Assembly: GCA_035556455.1 (NCBI GenBank)
Contig: DATMEX010000026.1
Coordinates: 3,574 to 67,573, forward strand
DNA: 64,000 bases
Source of the DNA: Pseudolabrys sp.
GTDB taxonomy: Bacteria > Pseudomonadota > Alphaproteobacteria > Rhizobiales > Xanthobacteraceae
Direction of reading: 5' to 3'
A program made the translations under genes and the position numbers. This document shows, in pieces, positions 8,904 to 19,289 of this stretch. The number at the start of each line of letters is the position of its first letter. The stretch's first letter is position 1. Under the pieces are notes generated by a model. The model was not told where the DNA came from. It saw only the letters and a program-made list of their open reading frames with translations, and made no database searches.

Positions 8904-9565
8904 TGCTTGACCCGCAATCGCGGCCCGCGCCGCTCTCGGCGGCTGAGTTCTTCACGCGCGTGCGCGAGCGGCTGACGCTGGACATGCCGCACGGCATTAC
9001 CGACCCGGATTTCGTGCCGGCGCGCGGCGACCATGATGCCGAACCGGTGATGGCGAAGATCGCGCAGGTGCGGCCGATCCGTCCCGCGGCGGTGCTGATC
9101 GCCATCGTCGATCATCCCGAGCCGACGGTGCTGCTGACCCAGCGCGCGCAGCATCTGCCGGACCATCCGGGGCAGATTTCTTTTCCCGGCGGCAAGATCG
9201 ACAAGACCGATGCCGACCCGACCGCGGCGGCGCTGCGCGAAGCCGAGGAAGAGATTGGCCTGTCGCGCGATCTCGTCGAGCCGCTCGGCTATCTCGATCT
9301 CTACATGACGACGCTCGGTTACCGCATCGTTCCGTTGATCGCGCGCGTGGAGCCCGGCTTTACGCTGACGCTCAACACCGCCGAAGTGGATGTTGCTTTC
9401 GAGGTGCCGCTCGCCTTCCTGATGGCCGACGACAATATGGAAATGCATTCGCGGCCGTGGCAGGGCGTCGAGCGGCACTATTACGCCATCACGTTCGGCG
9501 AGCGTTACATCTGGGGCGTCACGGCAGGTATCCTGCGCAACATGCGGGAAAGGATCTACCGATGA
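8903..9565 (+). CDS. Nudix hydrolase, CoA pyrophosphatase (NudL-like)
   Basis: ATG at 8903 overlaps the TGA of the upstream gene; AAVLI, HPGQISFPGGK, ALREAEEEIG nudix box, IWGVTAGIL. Confidence 0.92.
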   Translation: MLDPQSRPAPLSAAEFFTRVRERLTLDMPHGITDPDFVPARGDHDAEPVMAKIAQVRPIRPAAVLIAIVDHPEPTVLLTQRAQHLPDHPGQISFPGGKIDKTDADPTAAALREAEEEIGLSRDLVEPLGYLDLYMTTLGYRIVPLIARVEPGFTLTLNTAEVDVAFEVPLAFLMADDNMEMHSRPWQGVERHYYAITFGERYIWGVTAGILRNMRERIYR

Positions 9566-9828
9566 TCCGCACCATCGCTATCGAAGTTGCGCTGTTCGCG
9601 CTGCCGTTCGTGCTCTACGCGGTGTTTCTGTGGTCGACCAAGGCCGGCGTATTCGACCCTGAGGCCTGGCCCGCGAAGCGGATCGTCTGGCTCGCCATCG
9701 CCGCGCTCGTGCTGGTGGCCGGCAGCTTCATCTATTTCGCGCAGTATGGCGGCTCCTCGCCCGGCTCGCGCTATGTGCCGGCGCATGTCGACGAGCAGGG
9801 TCGCTTCGTGCCGGGGCAGTTGCGATGA
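9562..9828 (+). CDS. Small membrane protein (DUF6111-like)
   Basis: MIRTIAIEVALFALPFVLY...YVPAHVDEQGRFVPGQLR; two TM segments, ATGA-coupled to the nudix gene. Confidence 0.75.
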   Translation: MIRTIAIEVALFALPFVLYAVFLWSTKAGVFDPEAWPAKRIVWLAIAALVLVAGSFIYFAQYGGSSPGSRYVPAHVDEQGRFVPGQLR

Positions 9829-9851
9829 CGAGGGCCGTGATGCGCTTCTGT

Positions 9852-9980
9852 TTTCCCCTCCCCACGCACGCCCTTGCGTGCGGCGGGGAGGGGTCAGGGG
9901 TGGGAGGCGCTTTCATGCGCCGGTTTCCCCCCACCCCTTACCCCTCCCCACCACGTCGCTTCGCTCCGCGGGGGGAGGGG
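9852..9980. repeat. REP-like element, family D (CCCCTCCCC...GGGGAGGGG)
   Basis: Two CCCCTCCCC/GGGGAGGGG hairpins flanking GGGGTGGG...CCCACCCC; relative at 55008. Confidence 0.75.
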
Positions 9981-9982
9981 AA

Positions 9983-11224
9983 ATGAGCGCCAATTCCCGC
10001 AAGGTTGATTTCGCCGCGTGGCCGTTCGCACCGCAGCTGTCGCGGCTGCTCGATGTGCTCGACCGCGACGGCGAGGAAGCGCGCGTCGTCGGCGGCGCGG
10101 TGCGCAACGCGCTGCTCGGCGTGCCGGTACATGACGTCGATGTCGCCACCACCGGGGTGCCGGACGAAGTCGTGCGCCGCGCCAAGGCTGCGGGCTTCAA
10201 GCCGGTGCCGACCGGCATCGAGCACGGCACCGTCACTGTCGTCATCGAGAAGCATCCCTTCGAAGTGACGACCTTGCGCACCGACGTCGAGACCTTCGGC
10301 CGTCACGCCAAGGTCGCCTTCGGCCGCGACTGGCGCGAAGATGCTTTGCGCCGCGACTTCACCATGAACGCGCTCTCGGCAACGCGCGACGGCGCGGTGC
10401 ACGACTACACCGGCGGACTCGCCGACCTCGAAGCGCGGCGTGTGCGCTTCATCGGCGACGCGCGGCGGCGTATCGAGGAAGACTACTTGCGCATTCTGCG
10501 CTTCTTCCGTTTTCACGCGGCTTACGGCCATGGTCATCCGGACGCGGAGGGTCTTGCCGCTTGCATCTATGAGCGGGAAGGTCTCGACCAGTTGTCGCGC
10601 GAGCGCGTGCGCATGGAGATGCTCAAGCTCGTCGTGGCGCCGCGCGCCGCGCCGACGCTCGCCGCGATGGCTCACGCGGGCCTGCTGCTGCGCGTGCTCG
10701 GCGGCGTGCCTTATCTTGCCGCCTTTGAGAATATGGCGAAGGCCGAAGCCGCGGCCGGCCTTGCGCCCGATGGGGCGCGCCGGCTTGGCGCGCTCGGCGT
10801 CGTCGTTACGGAAGACGCCGAACGCCTGGCGCAGAAGCTTCGTCTCAGCAATGCCGAGCACACGCGGCTGACGGCGATGGCGGAAAACTGGCGGCGGTTC
10901 TCGCCGCGGGCAGGCGAGGGCCCGGCGCGCGCCTTGCTCTATCGGCTGAAGGAGCCCGCCTACACCGACAGCGCGCTCATGGCCTGGGCCCATTCGCAGG
11001 CCTCCGACCACGATGCGCCGTGGCGCGAACTGGTGACGTTGTCGCGGCGCTTCACGCCGCCGGTGTTTCCGCTCAAGGCCGACGATTTTCTGAAGCGCGG
11101 CATCGCCAAGGGGCCGGCGCTCGGTGTGGCTTTACGCGCCGCGGAAGAGGCGTGGATCGCGGCCGATTTTCCGCTCGAGCGACCGGCGCTCGAGGCGATT
11201 GCCGATCAGGCGTCCGCGCGGTGA
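9983..11224 (+). CDS. cca: CCA tRNA nucleotidyltransferase
   Basis: VVGGAVRNAL, DVDVAT, EVTTLRTD, DALRRDFTMNAL, EDYLRILRFFRF; start MSANSRK at 9983. Confidence 0.93.
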   Translation: MSANSRKVDFAAWPFAPQLSRLLDVLDRDGEEARVVGGAVRNALLGVPVHDVDVATTGVPDEVVRRAKAAGFKPVPTGIEHGTVTVVIEKHPFEVTTLRTDVETFGRHAKVAFGRDWREDALRRDFTMNALSATRDGAVHDYTGGLADLEARRVRFIGDARRRIEEDYLRILRFFRFHAAYGHGHPDAEGLAACIYEREGLDQLSRERVRMEMLKLVVAPRAAPTLAAMAHAGLLLRVLGGVPYLAAFENMAKAEAAAGLAPDGARRLGALGVVVTEDAERLAQKLRLSNAEHTRLTAMAENWRRFSPRAGEGPARALLYRLKEPAYTDSALMAWAHSQASDHDAPWRELVTLSRRFTPPVFPLKADDFLKRGIAKGPALGVALRAAEEAWIAADFPLERPALEAIADQASAR

Positions 11225-11237
11225 GGGCCTGATAAAC

Positions 11238-11261
11238 AAAAGCCCCGGATCGCTCCGGGGC
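11238..11261 (-). terminator. Intrinsic terminator of the omp genes
   Basis: GCCCCGGA-TCGC-TCCGGGGC stem followed by TTTT on the minus strand, between convergent genes. Confidence 0.7.
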
Positions 11262-11291
11262 GTTGTTGAAATTTGCAGCCGGTGCGCGCCG

Positions 11292-12026
11292 TCAGAATTT
11301 GTACGAGACGCGCGCCAGCACCTCGTGAATGCGCGGCTTGACGTCGAAGGCGTAAATGCCCGGATCGGCGCCCGCGACGTTGTAGTTCTTCGTCTGCAGG
11401 CCGATGTAGTTGTATTCGAGGCCGATGATCCAGTTCTGCGTCAGGCCGTATTCGAGGCCGCCGCCGATGGTCCAGCCATTGTGCCATTTGGATTCGCTGC
11501 CGGCGCCCTGGTTCATGCCGGCAGTGTCGGAGACGCTGAGCTTGTTGCTCGCCCCGGCATAGCCGCCCTTGATGTAAGGCAGCCAGTTGTTGAAGGCGTA
11601 GCCGATGCGGCCGACGACGGTGAAGATACTGTTGACCCGGGTTTCGAACACGTCGTCGCCCGCGCCGAACGCGGAGTTGATCACGCTGCCCTTGATGCTC
11701 GTTCCCGAGAACGTGCCTTCGATGCCGAGGACCCACTGGTTGATTTGATAATTGCAGCCCAGTTGTCCGCCGCCGACAAAGCCGCTCTTGGTCACGCTGG
11801 CGCCGTCTCCGGGCGCGAGATCGCCGAATGCGGTCGTGTTGACCGTGTTCGTCCCTTCGGTGCGTGCCCAGCCGGCGCCGGCATGGCCGCCGATATAGCA
11901 GCCGCTCCAGTTGTACAGGATCGGCGCTTTGTAAATCGGCGCCTTCACCGGCAGATCGGCGGCTTGCACACGGCCGCCACCGAGAGTGGCGGCGGCAAGC
12001 AGACTTAACAAGACGAGTCGGCGCAT
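11292..12026 (-). CDS. Outer membrane beta-barrel protein, Omp25/RopB-like
   Basis: Signal peptide, AADLPVKAP, YNWSGCYIGGHAG, GWTIGGGLEY, terminal Phe (SYKF). Confidence 0.9.
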   Translation of the reverse strand: MRRLVLLSLLAAATLGGGRVQAADLPVKAPIYKAPILYNWSGCYIGGHAGAGWARTEGTNTVNTTAFGDLAPGDGASVTKSGFVGGGQLGCNYQINQWVLGIEGTFSGTSIKGSVINSAFGAGDDVFETRVNSIFTVVGRIGYAFNNWLPYIKGGYAGASNKLSVSDTAGMNQGAGSESKWHNGWTIGGGLEYGLTQNWIIGLEYNYIGLQTKNYNVAGADPGIYAFDVKPRIHEVLARVSYKF

Positions 12027-12082
12027 TTCGCACTCCTCGCAGTTTGACGCGCCGGTATCGCCGGGCGTTCGAGCAACGGGCG

Positions 12083-12766
12083 TCAGAACCGGTAGTTCAC
12101 GCCGGCGCGGATCACGTTGACGCGCTCCTTGGCGTCAACCTGCAGGCCCGTGTCGACGGTGTAGGTGTTGGTGCCGAAGCCGACATAGAGATATTCGAGC
12201 TTGGCCGACCAGTTCGGCAGGAAGCCCCACTCGACGCCGCCACCCGCGGTCCAGCCGTTCGGTGTTTTGCTGGTGCCGTTGGTGCCGACCGTGGGATGCA
12301 CGGTCTGGATGTTCAGCCGGCCCCAGGCCCAGCCGCCGGTGCCGTAGAGCAGGAAGTTGCCGGTCGAACCGACGGCCATGCCGACGCGGCCGCGCAATGT
12401 GCCGAGCGAGGTGAGCTTCGACTCGCAGGAGAAGGCCGGGTTCGGGCAAGCCGTGCTGCCCTTGACGTTGGCCCAGTCCCAGTCGCCTTCGAGGCCGAGG
12501 ACCCACTTCTGGATCTGGTAGTTATATCCGACGGTGCCGCCGATCAGGCCGCCGCTCGTGTTGTGGCCGGCCGTGTTGCCGCCGATCACATAGGTCCAGT
12601 CGGTGTGGCCGAAGCCGCCTCCGCCGTTGATGCCGACATAGAAGCCGGTCCAGTTATACCCCAGCGGAGCCGTGTAGAGAGGCGCTTTGACCGGGAGGTC
12701 GGCTGCGTTTGCCGCCACTCCACTCAGAAGCGTTGCACCAAGTAACGCGAAAGCAAATCGACGCAT
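12083..12766 (-). CDS. Outer membrane beta-barrel protein, Omp25/RopB-like (tandem paralog)
   Basis: AADLPVKAP, YNWTGFYVGINGG, GWTAGGGVEW, terminal Phe (NYRF). Confidence 0.9.
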   Translation of the reverse strand: MRRFAFALLGATLLSGVAANAADLPVKAPLYTAPLGYNWTGFYVGINGGGGFGHTDWTYVIGGNTAGHNTSGGLIGGTVGYNYQIQKWVLGLEGDWDWANVKGSTACPNPAFSCESKLTSLGTLRGRVGMAVGSTGNFLLYGTGGWAWGRLNIQTVHPTVGTNGTSKTPNGWTAGGGVEWGFLPNWSAKLEYLYVGFGTNTYTVDTGLQVDAKERVNVIRAGVNYRF

Positions 12767-13106
12767 TTCAGTTATCTCCCCACATTACGCGTCCTGCGCG
12801 ATGCGAAATTCCCGTTTATTGCCGCGCGCAGGAAGCGGCCTCGGACAGAGATTGAGCTGCGGCTCAATCTCCAGAGCCGGTCTGTAAATGAAGGCTAAGC
12901 GTAAGGCGGAGGTGCACTCAATACGGGAGAGTGCGTAAGTCTGGTCCGTGCGCGTGCATTTCTCGCCGCTGTTGCCGGCTTGCAACTATTTATGGTATCA
13001 AAATAGTATGGCCTATTTTAGGTAGTAGCGTTGTAGGGAGCGAAGCGATGTGCCGGACCGCCAGCGGCCCCTTGAACATTCTCTTCTGCGCCCCGATTCT
13101 TGTGCC

Positions 13107-13355
13107 ATGACGCGTCAGGATACCCCCCGCGATCTGGCCCGACGTCTCGCCCAAGCGAGCGAACGGCGCCGGCGCGAGCGCGATTCCTACCGGCGTGAGA
13201 CCTTCGCACTGCCGCGCGAGGCCGCCCGGGCCAAGGCGCGCGAGTGGTTCGACCGTTACCCCAAGGCGGCCTACATGACCGAGATCGAAAGCTGGCGTGT
13301 GCTGCCTGGCGACACCATCGAGTTCACGATGCGGCGGTTGCCGACGGCTGACTGA
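13107..13355 (+). CDS. Small hypothetical protein (82 aa)
   Basis: ATG at 13107; MTRQDTPRD...YRRETFALPREAARAKAREWFDRYPKAAYMTEIESWRVL; GC3-biased codons. Confidence 0.7.
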   Translation: MTRQDTPRDLARRLAQASERRRRERDSYRRETFALPREAARAKAREWFDRYPKAAYMTEIESWRVLPGDTIEFTMRRLPTAD

Positions 13356-13426
13356 CCGCCGGATAACGTGCATGTGTCTGCTGCGTGAAGCCTGCACCCG
13401 CTATCGTCCCTGAACAGGGGGGATGC

Positions 13427-13921
13427 ATGCGCGGATTCTGGCGAGGTCTTGCGATCTTTCTGCTGGGCGGGGTTGGCGGCGCCGGCTTCGGCGTGGCTTT
13501 AGGCTTCTTTCTATTTCCCTACGTGTTTCCGCCACCCCCGGCGACCGAGCAGATCGCGGAAGCGGACCGCGCCGCGCTCGTTGCCACCGGGACTTTCATC
13601 CACGCCAATCCGTCGGACCCCATCCACTACGGCCAGGGCAAGGTCAGCCTCTATCGCCGCGCCGTGTTCCTCGAGCCGGATTTCGAGGTCGGACCGGGTC
13701 CGGCCTATCACGTCTATCTGGTGCCCAATGCGAACGTGCGCAGCGAGGCGGGCGTCAAGGACACGATGTTCGTCGATCTCGGCCGCCTGCGCGCCTTCAA
13801 GGGCAGCCAGCGCTATTCCATTCCGGACGGCGTCGATTTGTCGAAATATCCGAGCGTCGTCATCTGGTGCGAGCGTTTCGGCGTGCTGATTTCACCGGCC
13901 GATCTTGTCGCCGCCAAATGA
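13427..13921 (+). CDS. DM13 domain protein with N-terminal TM anchor
   Basis: ATGTFIHANPSDPIHYGQGKV, GPGPAYHVYL, VDLGRLRAFKGSQRYSIP, VVIWCERFGV. Confidence 0.85.
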   Translation: MRGFWRGLAIFLLGGVGGAGFGVALGFFLFPYVFPPPPATEQIAEADRAALVATGTFIHANPSDPIHYGQGKVSLYRRAVFLEPDFEVGPGPAYHVYLVPNANVRSEAGVKDTMFVDLGRLRAFKGSQRYSIPDGVDLSKYPSVVIWCERFGVLISPADLVAAK

Positions 13922-13981
13922 CGGCGTGATATGCGGCGCGCGGCCTTGACCTGAGATGCCCGACCGGGCACGCGCGCAACC

Positions 13982-14752
13982 ATGGACATGCTTTCCGGAA
14001 TCCTCGGCGGCTTTGCCGACATTTCGCTGCTGCAGCTTGGGATCGTCGGCACGGTCGCGCTGCTGGCCGGCATTATCGGAGGCGTGTCCGGCTATGGCAG
14101 CGGCGCGCTGATGCCGCTGGTGCTGGTGCCGATGGTCGGCGCGGCGCCGGTGGTGCCGATCATCGCCATCGCCGCGCTGTTCAATAACTCCGGCCGCGTC
14201 TCGGCCTATCTGAAAAATCTCGACCGCCGCCGCGCCGCCATTGCCACTGTGACGGCGCTGCCCGGCTGCGTGCTTGGCGCCTGGGGGTACTCGCAATTAA
14301 CCGGCGCCGGTGCCGCGATCGTCATCGGCACCATGCTGATGGCGAGCGTGCCCCTGAGACGCCTTGCCCGGCGGCGCAACTGGCGCATCGACGATCGCGG
14401 CCTGGTGGTCGGCTCGGCCGGCTACGGCGTGCTGGTCGGCGGCACGGCGGGCTCGGGCGTCATCATGCTGTCGCTGTTGATGGCGGCCGGCCTCGAAGGC
14501 GCTGCCGTGATCGCGACCGATGCGATGGTGTCGATCGGCATCGGCATCGTGAAGGTCTCGGTATTCGGCTTGTCGGGCGTGCTGACGCCGCAGATTGTCG
14601 CACTGGCGCTGCTCACCGGGCTTATGTCGATGCCCGGCGCGCATTTGTCGCGCTTCATCGTTCAGCGCATGCCGATCCACGTGCACACCGCGATTCTCGA
14701 CGCGGTCGTGCTGATCGGCGGTGCGACCATGATCGCCTCCGCGCTCAGATAG
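13982..14752 (+). CDS. Sulfite exporter TauE/SafE family membrane protein
   Basis: GGVSGYGSGALMP and GGTAGSGVIM repeats; polytopic hydrophobic profile. Confidence 0.85.
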   Translation: MDMLSGILGGFADISLLQLGIVGTVALLAGIIGGVSGYGSGALMPLVLVPMVGAAPVVPIIAIAALFNNSGRVSAYLKNLDRRRAAIATVTALPGCVLGAWGYSQLTGAGAAIVIGTMLMASVPLRRLARRRNWRIDDRGLVVGSAGYGVLVGGTAGSGVIMLSLLMAAGLEGAAVIATDAMVSIGIGIVKVSVFGLSGVLTPQIVALALLTGLMSMPGAHLSRFIVQRMPIHVHTAILDAVVLIGGATMIASALR

Positions 14753-14763
14753 ACGACGACGCC

Positions 14764-14964
14764 TTAGTCCTCGTCGTCTTCTTCCTCGTCCTCGTCGTCG
14801 CCGATTTCGACCTGCTCGAGCGCCACCGCGGGGATAACGTCGCGCGACAATTCGCCCACGTCGCTCATCCAGATGCACTCGACGCCTTCTTCATCGGCCG
14901 AGACGACGGTCATGGCCGGGCCGCCGGATTTGAGAACGACAATGCTGCCTGCTGAAAAGCTCAT
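14764..14964 (-). CDS. DUF2158/YodC-family small protein
   Basis: FSAGSIVVLKSGGPAMTV...VECIW, acidic tail. Confidence 0.85.
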   Translation of the reverse strand: MSFSAGSIVVLKSGGPAMTVVSADEEGVECIWMSDVGELSRDVIPAVALEQVEIGDDEDEEEDDED

Positions 14965-15028
14965 GTGACTATCCACTTCTTTCCGATCGATATTTGCCGA
15001 ACCCTAGGCGTTCAGCGTGACAATAAAA

Positions 15029-15925
15029 TCACGGCCATTTCACGACCGGTGGCATCGACGACAGGATCGAGTCGACATTGCCGCCGGTCTTGAGGCCGAA
15101 GATGGTACCGCGATCGTAGAGCAGGTTGAATTCGACATAGCGGCCGCGGCGTACCAGTTGTTCGTCGCGGTCGGCTACGGTCCAGGGCGTCGTGAAATTC
15201 CGATCGACCAGCTTCGGATAGATGTCGCGGAAGGCGCGGCCAACGTCCTGCGTGAAGGCGAAAGTCGCGTCCCAGTCGCTCTCCAGGTAATCGTAGAAGA
15301 TGCCGCCGATGCCGCGTGGTTCGTTGCGGTGCTTGAGGTGGAAATACTCGTCGCACCAGGTCTTGAATTTCGGATAGTCGGCGATGCCCGGATGTGCATC
15401 GCACGGCGCCTGCATGGCGGCGTGGAACGCGACCGTATCCGGGTCGTCCTGCGTGCGGCGCCGATCAAGGACAGGGGTAAGGTCCGCGCCGCCGCCGAAC
15501 CAGGCTTTCGAGGTGACGACGAAGCGCGTGTTCATATGAACGGCGGGCACGTTCGGGTTCTGCGGATGCGCAATCAGTGAAATGCCCGACGCCCAGAAGT
15601 TTGGATTGTCGGCGGCGCCCGGAATCTGGCCGCGGAATTCCGGCGCGAACTCGCCATGCACGGTCGAGCAGTGGACGCCGACTTTTTCAAAGACGCGGCC
15701 GCGCATCATCGACATGACGCCGCCGCCGCCGGCAGCGCCGGTGTGGTCGGTGCGCTGCCACGGCTTGCGTACGAAGCGGCCGGCGGGATGGTCGCCGAGC
15801 GGAGCCGAGGCGGGAAGGGCGTCTTCCAGCGCTTCGAAGCTGGCGCAGATCTCGTCGCGCAGCGCCTCGAACCAGGTCCGGGCGCGAGATTTGCGGATTT
15901 CGAGATCTTCGGGTGTGGCAGTCAT
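15029..15925 (-). CDS. hemF: Oxygen-dependent coproporphyrinogen III oxidase
   Basis: [52 protein letters not shown]. Confidence 0.96.
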   Translation of the reverse strand: MTATPEDLEIRKSRARTWFEALRDEICASFEALEDALPASAPLGDHPAGRFVRKPWQRTDHTGAAGGGGVMSMMRGRVFEKVGVHCSTVHGEFAPEFRGQIPGAADNPNFWASGISLIAHPQNPNVPAVHMNTRFVVTSKAWFGGGADLTPVLDRRRTQDDPDTVAFHAAMQAPCDAHPGIADYPKFKTWCDEYFHLKHRNEPRGIGGIFYDYLESDWDATFAFTQDVGRAFRDIYPKLVDRNFTTPWTVADRDEQLVRRGRYVEFNLLYDRGTIFGLKTGGNVDSILSSMPPVVKWP

Positions 15926-16377
15926 GGCGAGGGATTTAGCTGCCGCAGCGCCTCGCCGGCAACCATGGCGGTGGCAACCGCGATATTGAGCGAGCGGAAC
16001 CCGTCCCGGATCGGGATGCGCAGCCGGACGTCGGCCGCGTCGTGCACGGCCTCCGGCACCCCGGCGGACTCGCGGCCGACCATGACGATCTGGTCGTCGC
16101 CGTAGCGGTGGTCGAGGTAGGAGGTCTCCGCAGCGGTGGTCATCAAAACCAGTTTCAGCCCTTCCGTTCGCCGCCAGTCCTGGAAATCGACGAACGAGGC
16201 GTGGCGACGAATCGTCACCCGGTCGAGGTAGTCCATCCCGGCGCGCCGGAACGCACGGTCGGTCACCGGGAAGCCGGCCGGCTCGATGATATGGGCCTCG
16301 ATTCCGAGGCAGGCGCAGGTGCGCAGGATGGTGCCGGTATTCTGAGGAATATCCGGTTCGTAAAGAGCGATCCGCAT
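15922..16377 (-). CDS. trmL: tRNA (cytidine/uridine-34-2'-O)-methyltransferase
   Basis: [38 protein letters not shown] (SPOUT fold). Confidence 0.93.
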   Translation of the reverse strand: MRIALYEPDIPQNTGTILRTCACLGIEAHIIEPAGFPVTDRAFRRAGMDYLDRVTIRRHASFVDFQDWRRTEGLKLVLMTTAAETSYLDHRYGDDQIVMVGRESAGVPEAVHDAADVRLRIPIRDGFRSLNIAVATAMVAGEALRQLNPSP

Positions 16378-16626
16378 GGCTGTCCTCGACGCCGCCCCGG
16401 GCTGCCTAAGCGGTTCTGAGCCAACGATTTGTGCAGGGTATGGGGGCTAGACTGTGTGCGGGCTTGCGCTCGCACCGCAAGGGTGTCAATAGAACGCTTC
16501 GAAATCGCCGTTCTGCCTTGAACAGGGCCGCGCGATGCCGGTCTGCCCCGCAGCCTTTGCAGGAAGAGGTTTCCTCAAGGGCGCCGCCTGGGGCGGAAAA
16601 CCAAGCCGGGGGAGAGGGTTCAGACA

Positions 16627-17154
16627 GTGACGACCGTGTCTTCTGCGGAGCACACGCGCCGCGATTTTCTTTATGTGGCCACTGGAGCCGTCGCCGCCGT
16701 CGGCGGCGCCGCCGTGCTGGTGCCGCTGATCGCCCAGATGAATCCGGACGCCTCGACCATCGCGGCCGGCGCGCCGATCGAAGTCGATCTGGCGCCCGTG
16801 GGTGAAGGTCAGGTCATCAAGGTTTTCTGGCGCTCCAAGCCGATCTTCATCTCGCATCGGACGAAGAAGGAGATCGACGAGGCCAAGAACGTCGATGTCG
16901 CGACTCTTCCCGATCCGCAGACCGACGCCCAGCGCACCAAGCCCGGCCATGAGCCATGGCTGGTTGTCATCGGCATCTGCACCCATCTGGGTTGCATCCC
17001 GCTCGCCCATCAGGGCGAGTACGGCGGCTATTTCTGCCCCTGCCACGGCTCGGTCTATGACACCGCCGGCCGTATTCGTAAGGGCCCGGCACCGAAAAAC
17101 CTCGAACTGCCGCCCTACACATTCGTCTCCGACACCCGCATCCGGATCGGCTGA
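16627..17154 (+). CDS. petA: Ubiquinol-cytochrome c reductase Rieske Fe-S subunit
   Basis: Tat-like RRDFL; CTHLGC and CPCHGS Rieske motifs. Confidence 0.97.
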   Translation: MTTVSSAEHTRRDFLYVATGAVAAVGGAAVLVPLIAQMNPDASTIAAGAPIEVDLAPVGEGQVIKVFWRSKPIFISHRTKKEIDEAKNVDVATLPDPQTDAQRTKPGHEPWLVVIGICTHLGCIPLAHQGEYGGYFCPCHGSVYDTAGRIRKGPAPKNLELPPYTFVSDTRIRIG

Positions 17155-17186
17155 TCCGCAACGATTGCATTCTTGAAGGTTCGATC

Positions 17187-18410
17187 ATGAGCGGACACTC
17201 GACCTACCAGCCGCAGAATGGCTTTCTGCAATGGATCGAGAAGCGGCTGCCGATTGGCGGTCTCATTCACTCCTCTTTCATCGCCTATCCGACCCCGAAG
17301 AACCTGAACTACTGGTGGACCTTCGGCGGCATCCTGTCGTTCATGCTCGGTGTGCAGATCATCACGGGCATCGTGCTGGCGATGCACTACACGCCGCACG
17401 TCGATCTCGCCTTCAATTCGGTCGAGACGATCATGCGCGACGTCAACTACGGTTGGCTGCTGCGCTACGTGCACTCCAACGGCGCGTCGATGTTCTTCAT
17501 CGCCGTCTACATTCACATCTTCCGCGGCATGTATTACGGCTCCTACAAGGAGCCGCGTGAAGTGCTCTGGATCCTCGGCGTCATCATCTACCTGCTGATG
17601 ATGGCCACCGGCTTCCTTGGCTACACGCTGCCCTGGGGTCAGATGAGCTTCTGGGGCGCCACCGTCATCACCAACTTCTTCTCCGCCATTCCGGGCGTCG
17701 GCGAGACCGTGGTGACCTGGCTGTGGGGCGGCTATGCCGTCGGCAACCCGACGCTGAACCGCTTCTACTCGCTGCACTACCTGCTGCCTTTCGTGATCGC
17801 GGGCGTCGTCGTCCTGCACGTCTGGGCGCTGCATGTGGTCGGCCAGAACAACCCGGCCGGCATCGAGCCGAAGTCGGACAAGGACACGGTGCCGTTCACG
17901 CCCTATGCGACGGTGAAGGATGGCTTCTTCATCGTGGTGTTCTGCATCATGTATGCGTGGTTCGTGTTCTACACGCCGAACTTCCTCGGCCACGCCGACA
18001 ACTACATCGCCGCCAACCCGGCGGTGACGCCGGCGCACATCGTGCCCGAATGGTACTACCTGCCGTTCTACGCGATCCTGCGCGCCATTCCGGACAAGTT
18101 GCTCGGCGTGCTCGCCATGTTCGGCTCGATCGCGATCCTGGCCTTCCTGCCGTGGCTCGACACCTCGCGGGTCAAGTCGGCGCGCTACCGGCCGCTGTAC
18201 CGTCAGTTCTTCTGGCTGTTCGTGGCGGTGTGCATCGGGCTGGGCTGGCTCGGCTCCAAGCCGGCGGAAGGCATCTATACCCTGATCGCGCGTATCCTGA
18301 CCTTCTACTACTTCGCGCACTTCATCATTGTGCTCCCGCTGCTCGGCATCTTTGAAAAGAGCAAGCCACTGCCGAATTCGATTTCCGAATCGGTTTTGGC
18401 GAAGGCCTGA
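17187..18410 (+). CDS. petB: Cytochrome b
   Basis: [33 protein letters not shown] motif. Confidence 0.98.
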   Translation: MSGHSTYQPQNGFLQWIEKRLPIGGLIHSSFIAYPTPKNLNYWWTFGGILSFMLGVQIITGIVLAMHYTPHVDLAFNSVETIMRDVNYGWLLRYVHSNGASMFFIAVYIHIFRGMYYGSYKEPREVLWILGVIIYLLMMATGFLGYTLPWGQMSFWGATVITNFFSAIPGVGETVVTWLWGGYAVGNPTLNRFYSLHYLLPFVIAGVVVLHVWALHVVGQNNPAGIEPKSDKDTVPFTPYATVKDGFFIVVFCIMYAWFVFYTPNFLGHADNYIAANPAVTPAHIVPEWYYLPFYAILRAIPDKLLGVLAMFGSIAILAFLPWLDTSRVKSARYRPLYRQFFWLFVAVCIGLGWLGSKPAEGIYTLIARILTFYYFAHFIIVLPLLGIFEKSKPLPNSISESVLAKA

Positions 18411-18424
18411 GCGGGAGAACGGAC

Positions 18425-19264
18425 ATGACGATGCATCGTACTTTCATCGCTCTCGCCCTGACGGCCTCGCTTGGCGCGACCGTTCTTGGCGCCGGCGTCG
18501 CTCTCGCCGCCGAAGGCCAGGTTATTCCGCCGCCGCAGAAGTGGTCGTTCTCCGGCCCGTTCGGCAAGTTCGATCAGGGCCAGCTGCAGCGCGGCTTCAA
18601 GGTCTACAAGGAAGTCTGCGCTTCCTGTCACTCGATGAGCCTGCTCTCGTTCCGCAACCTCGCGGAGCCGGGTGGCCCGGGCTTCTCCGAGAAGCAGGTC
18701 GAGGCGCTGGCCGCCGAGTACAAGATCAAGGATCTCGACGACAAGGGCGAGGCCATCGAGCGAAACGGCCGTCCGGCCGACAAATTCCCGGCGCCCTTCG
18801 CCAACCCGCTGGCCGCCGCGGCCGCCAACGGAGGCGTTGCGCCGCCGGATTTCTCGACGTTGGCCAAGGCGCGCACCTACGAGCGCGGTTTCCCGTGGTG
18901 GATCATCGACATCTTCAGCCAATATCAGGAGCAGGGTCCGGATTACATCCACGCGCTGCTGGTCGGCTATGAGGACGCCCCGAAGGGCTTCACGATGCCC
19001 CCGGGCGGCAACTACAACAAGTACTTCCCCGGCCATGTCATCGCCATGCCGAAGCCGATCAACGAAGGTCAGGTGACCTACGACGATGGCGCGCCGCAGA
19101 CGCTCGAGCAGTATTCGCACGACGTCGCAGCGTTCATGGTGTGGGCGGCCGAACCGCACATGGTGGCGCGCAAGCGTCTCGGCTTCCAGGTCATGATCTT
19201 CCTGCTCGTGCTCTCGGGCCTGCTGTACTTCACCAAGAAGAAGGTGTGGTCGGCGGTGCACTGA
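18425..19264 (+). CDS. petC: Cytochrome c1
   Basis: QLQRGFKVYKEVCASCH heme motif, YFPGHVIAMP, C-terminal TM anchor. Confidence 0.97.
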   Translation: MTMHRTFIALALTASLGATVLGAGVALAAEGQVIPPPQKWSFSGPFGKFDQGQLQRGFKVYKEVCASCHSMSLLSFRNLAEPGGPGFSEKQVEALAAEYKIKDLDDKGEAIERNGRPADKFPAPFANPLAAAAANGGVAPPDFSTLAKARTYERGFPWWIIDIFSQYQEQGPDYIHALLVGYEDAPKGFTMPPGGNYNKYFPGHVIAMPKPINEGQVTYDDGAPQTLEQYSHDVAAFMVWAAEPHMVARKRLGFQVMIFLLVLSGLLYFTKKKVWSAVH

Positions 19265-19289
19265 CACGGCGGACGTTTATCGAACGCGT

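Noticed and set aside
9587-9982. N-terminal extension of cca (545-aa ORF)
   Set aside because: It overlaps the DUF6111-like gene and runs through a REP; the ATG at 9983 has an SD and gives the expected protein length.
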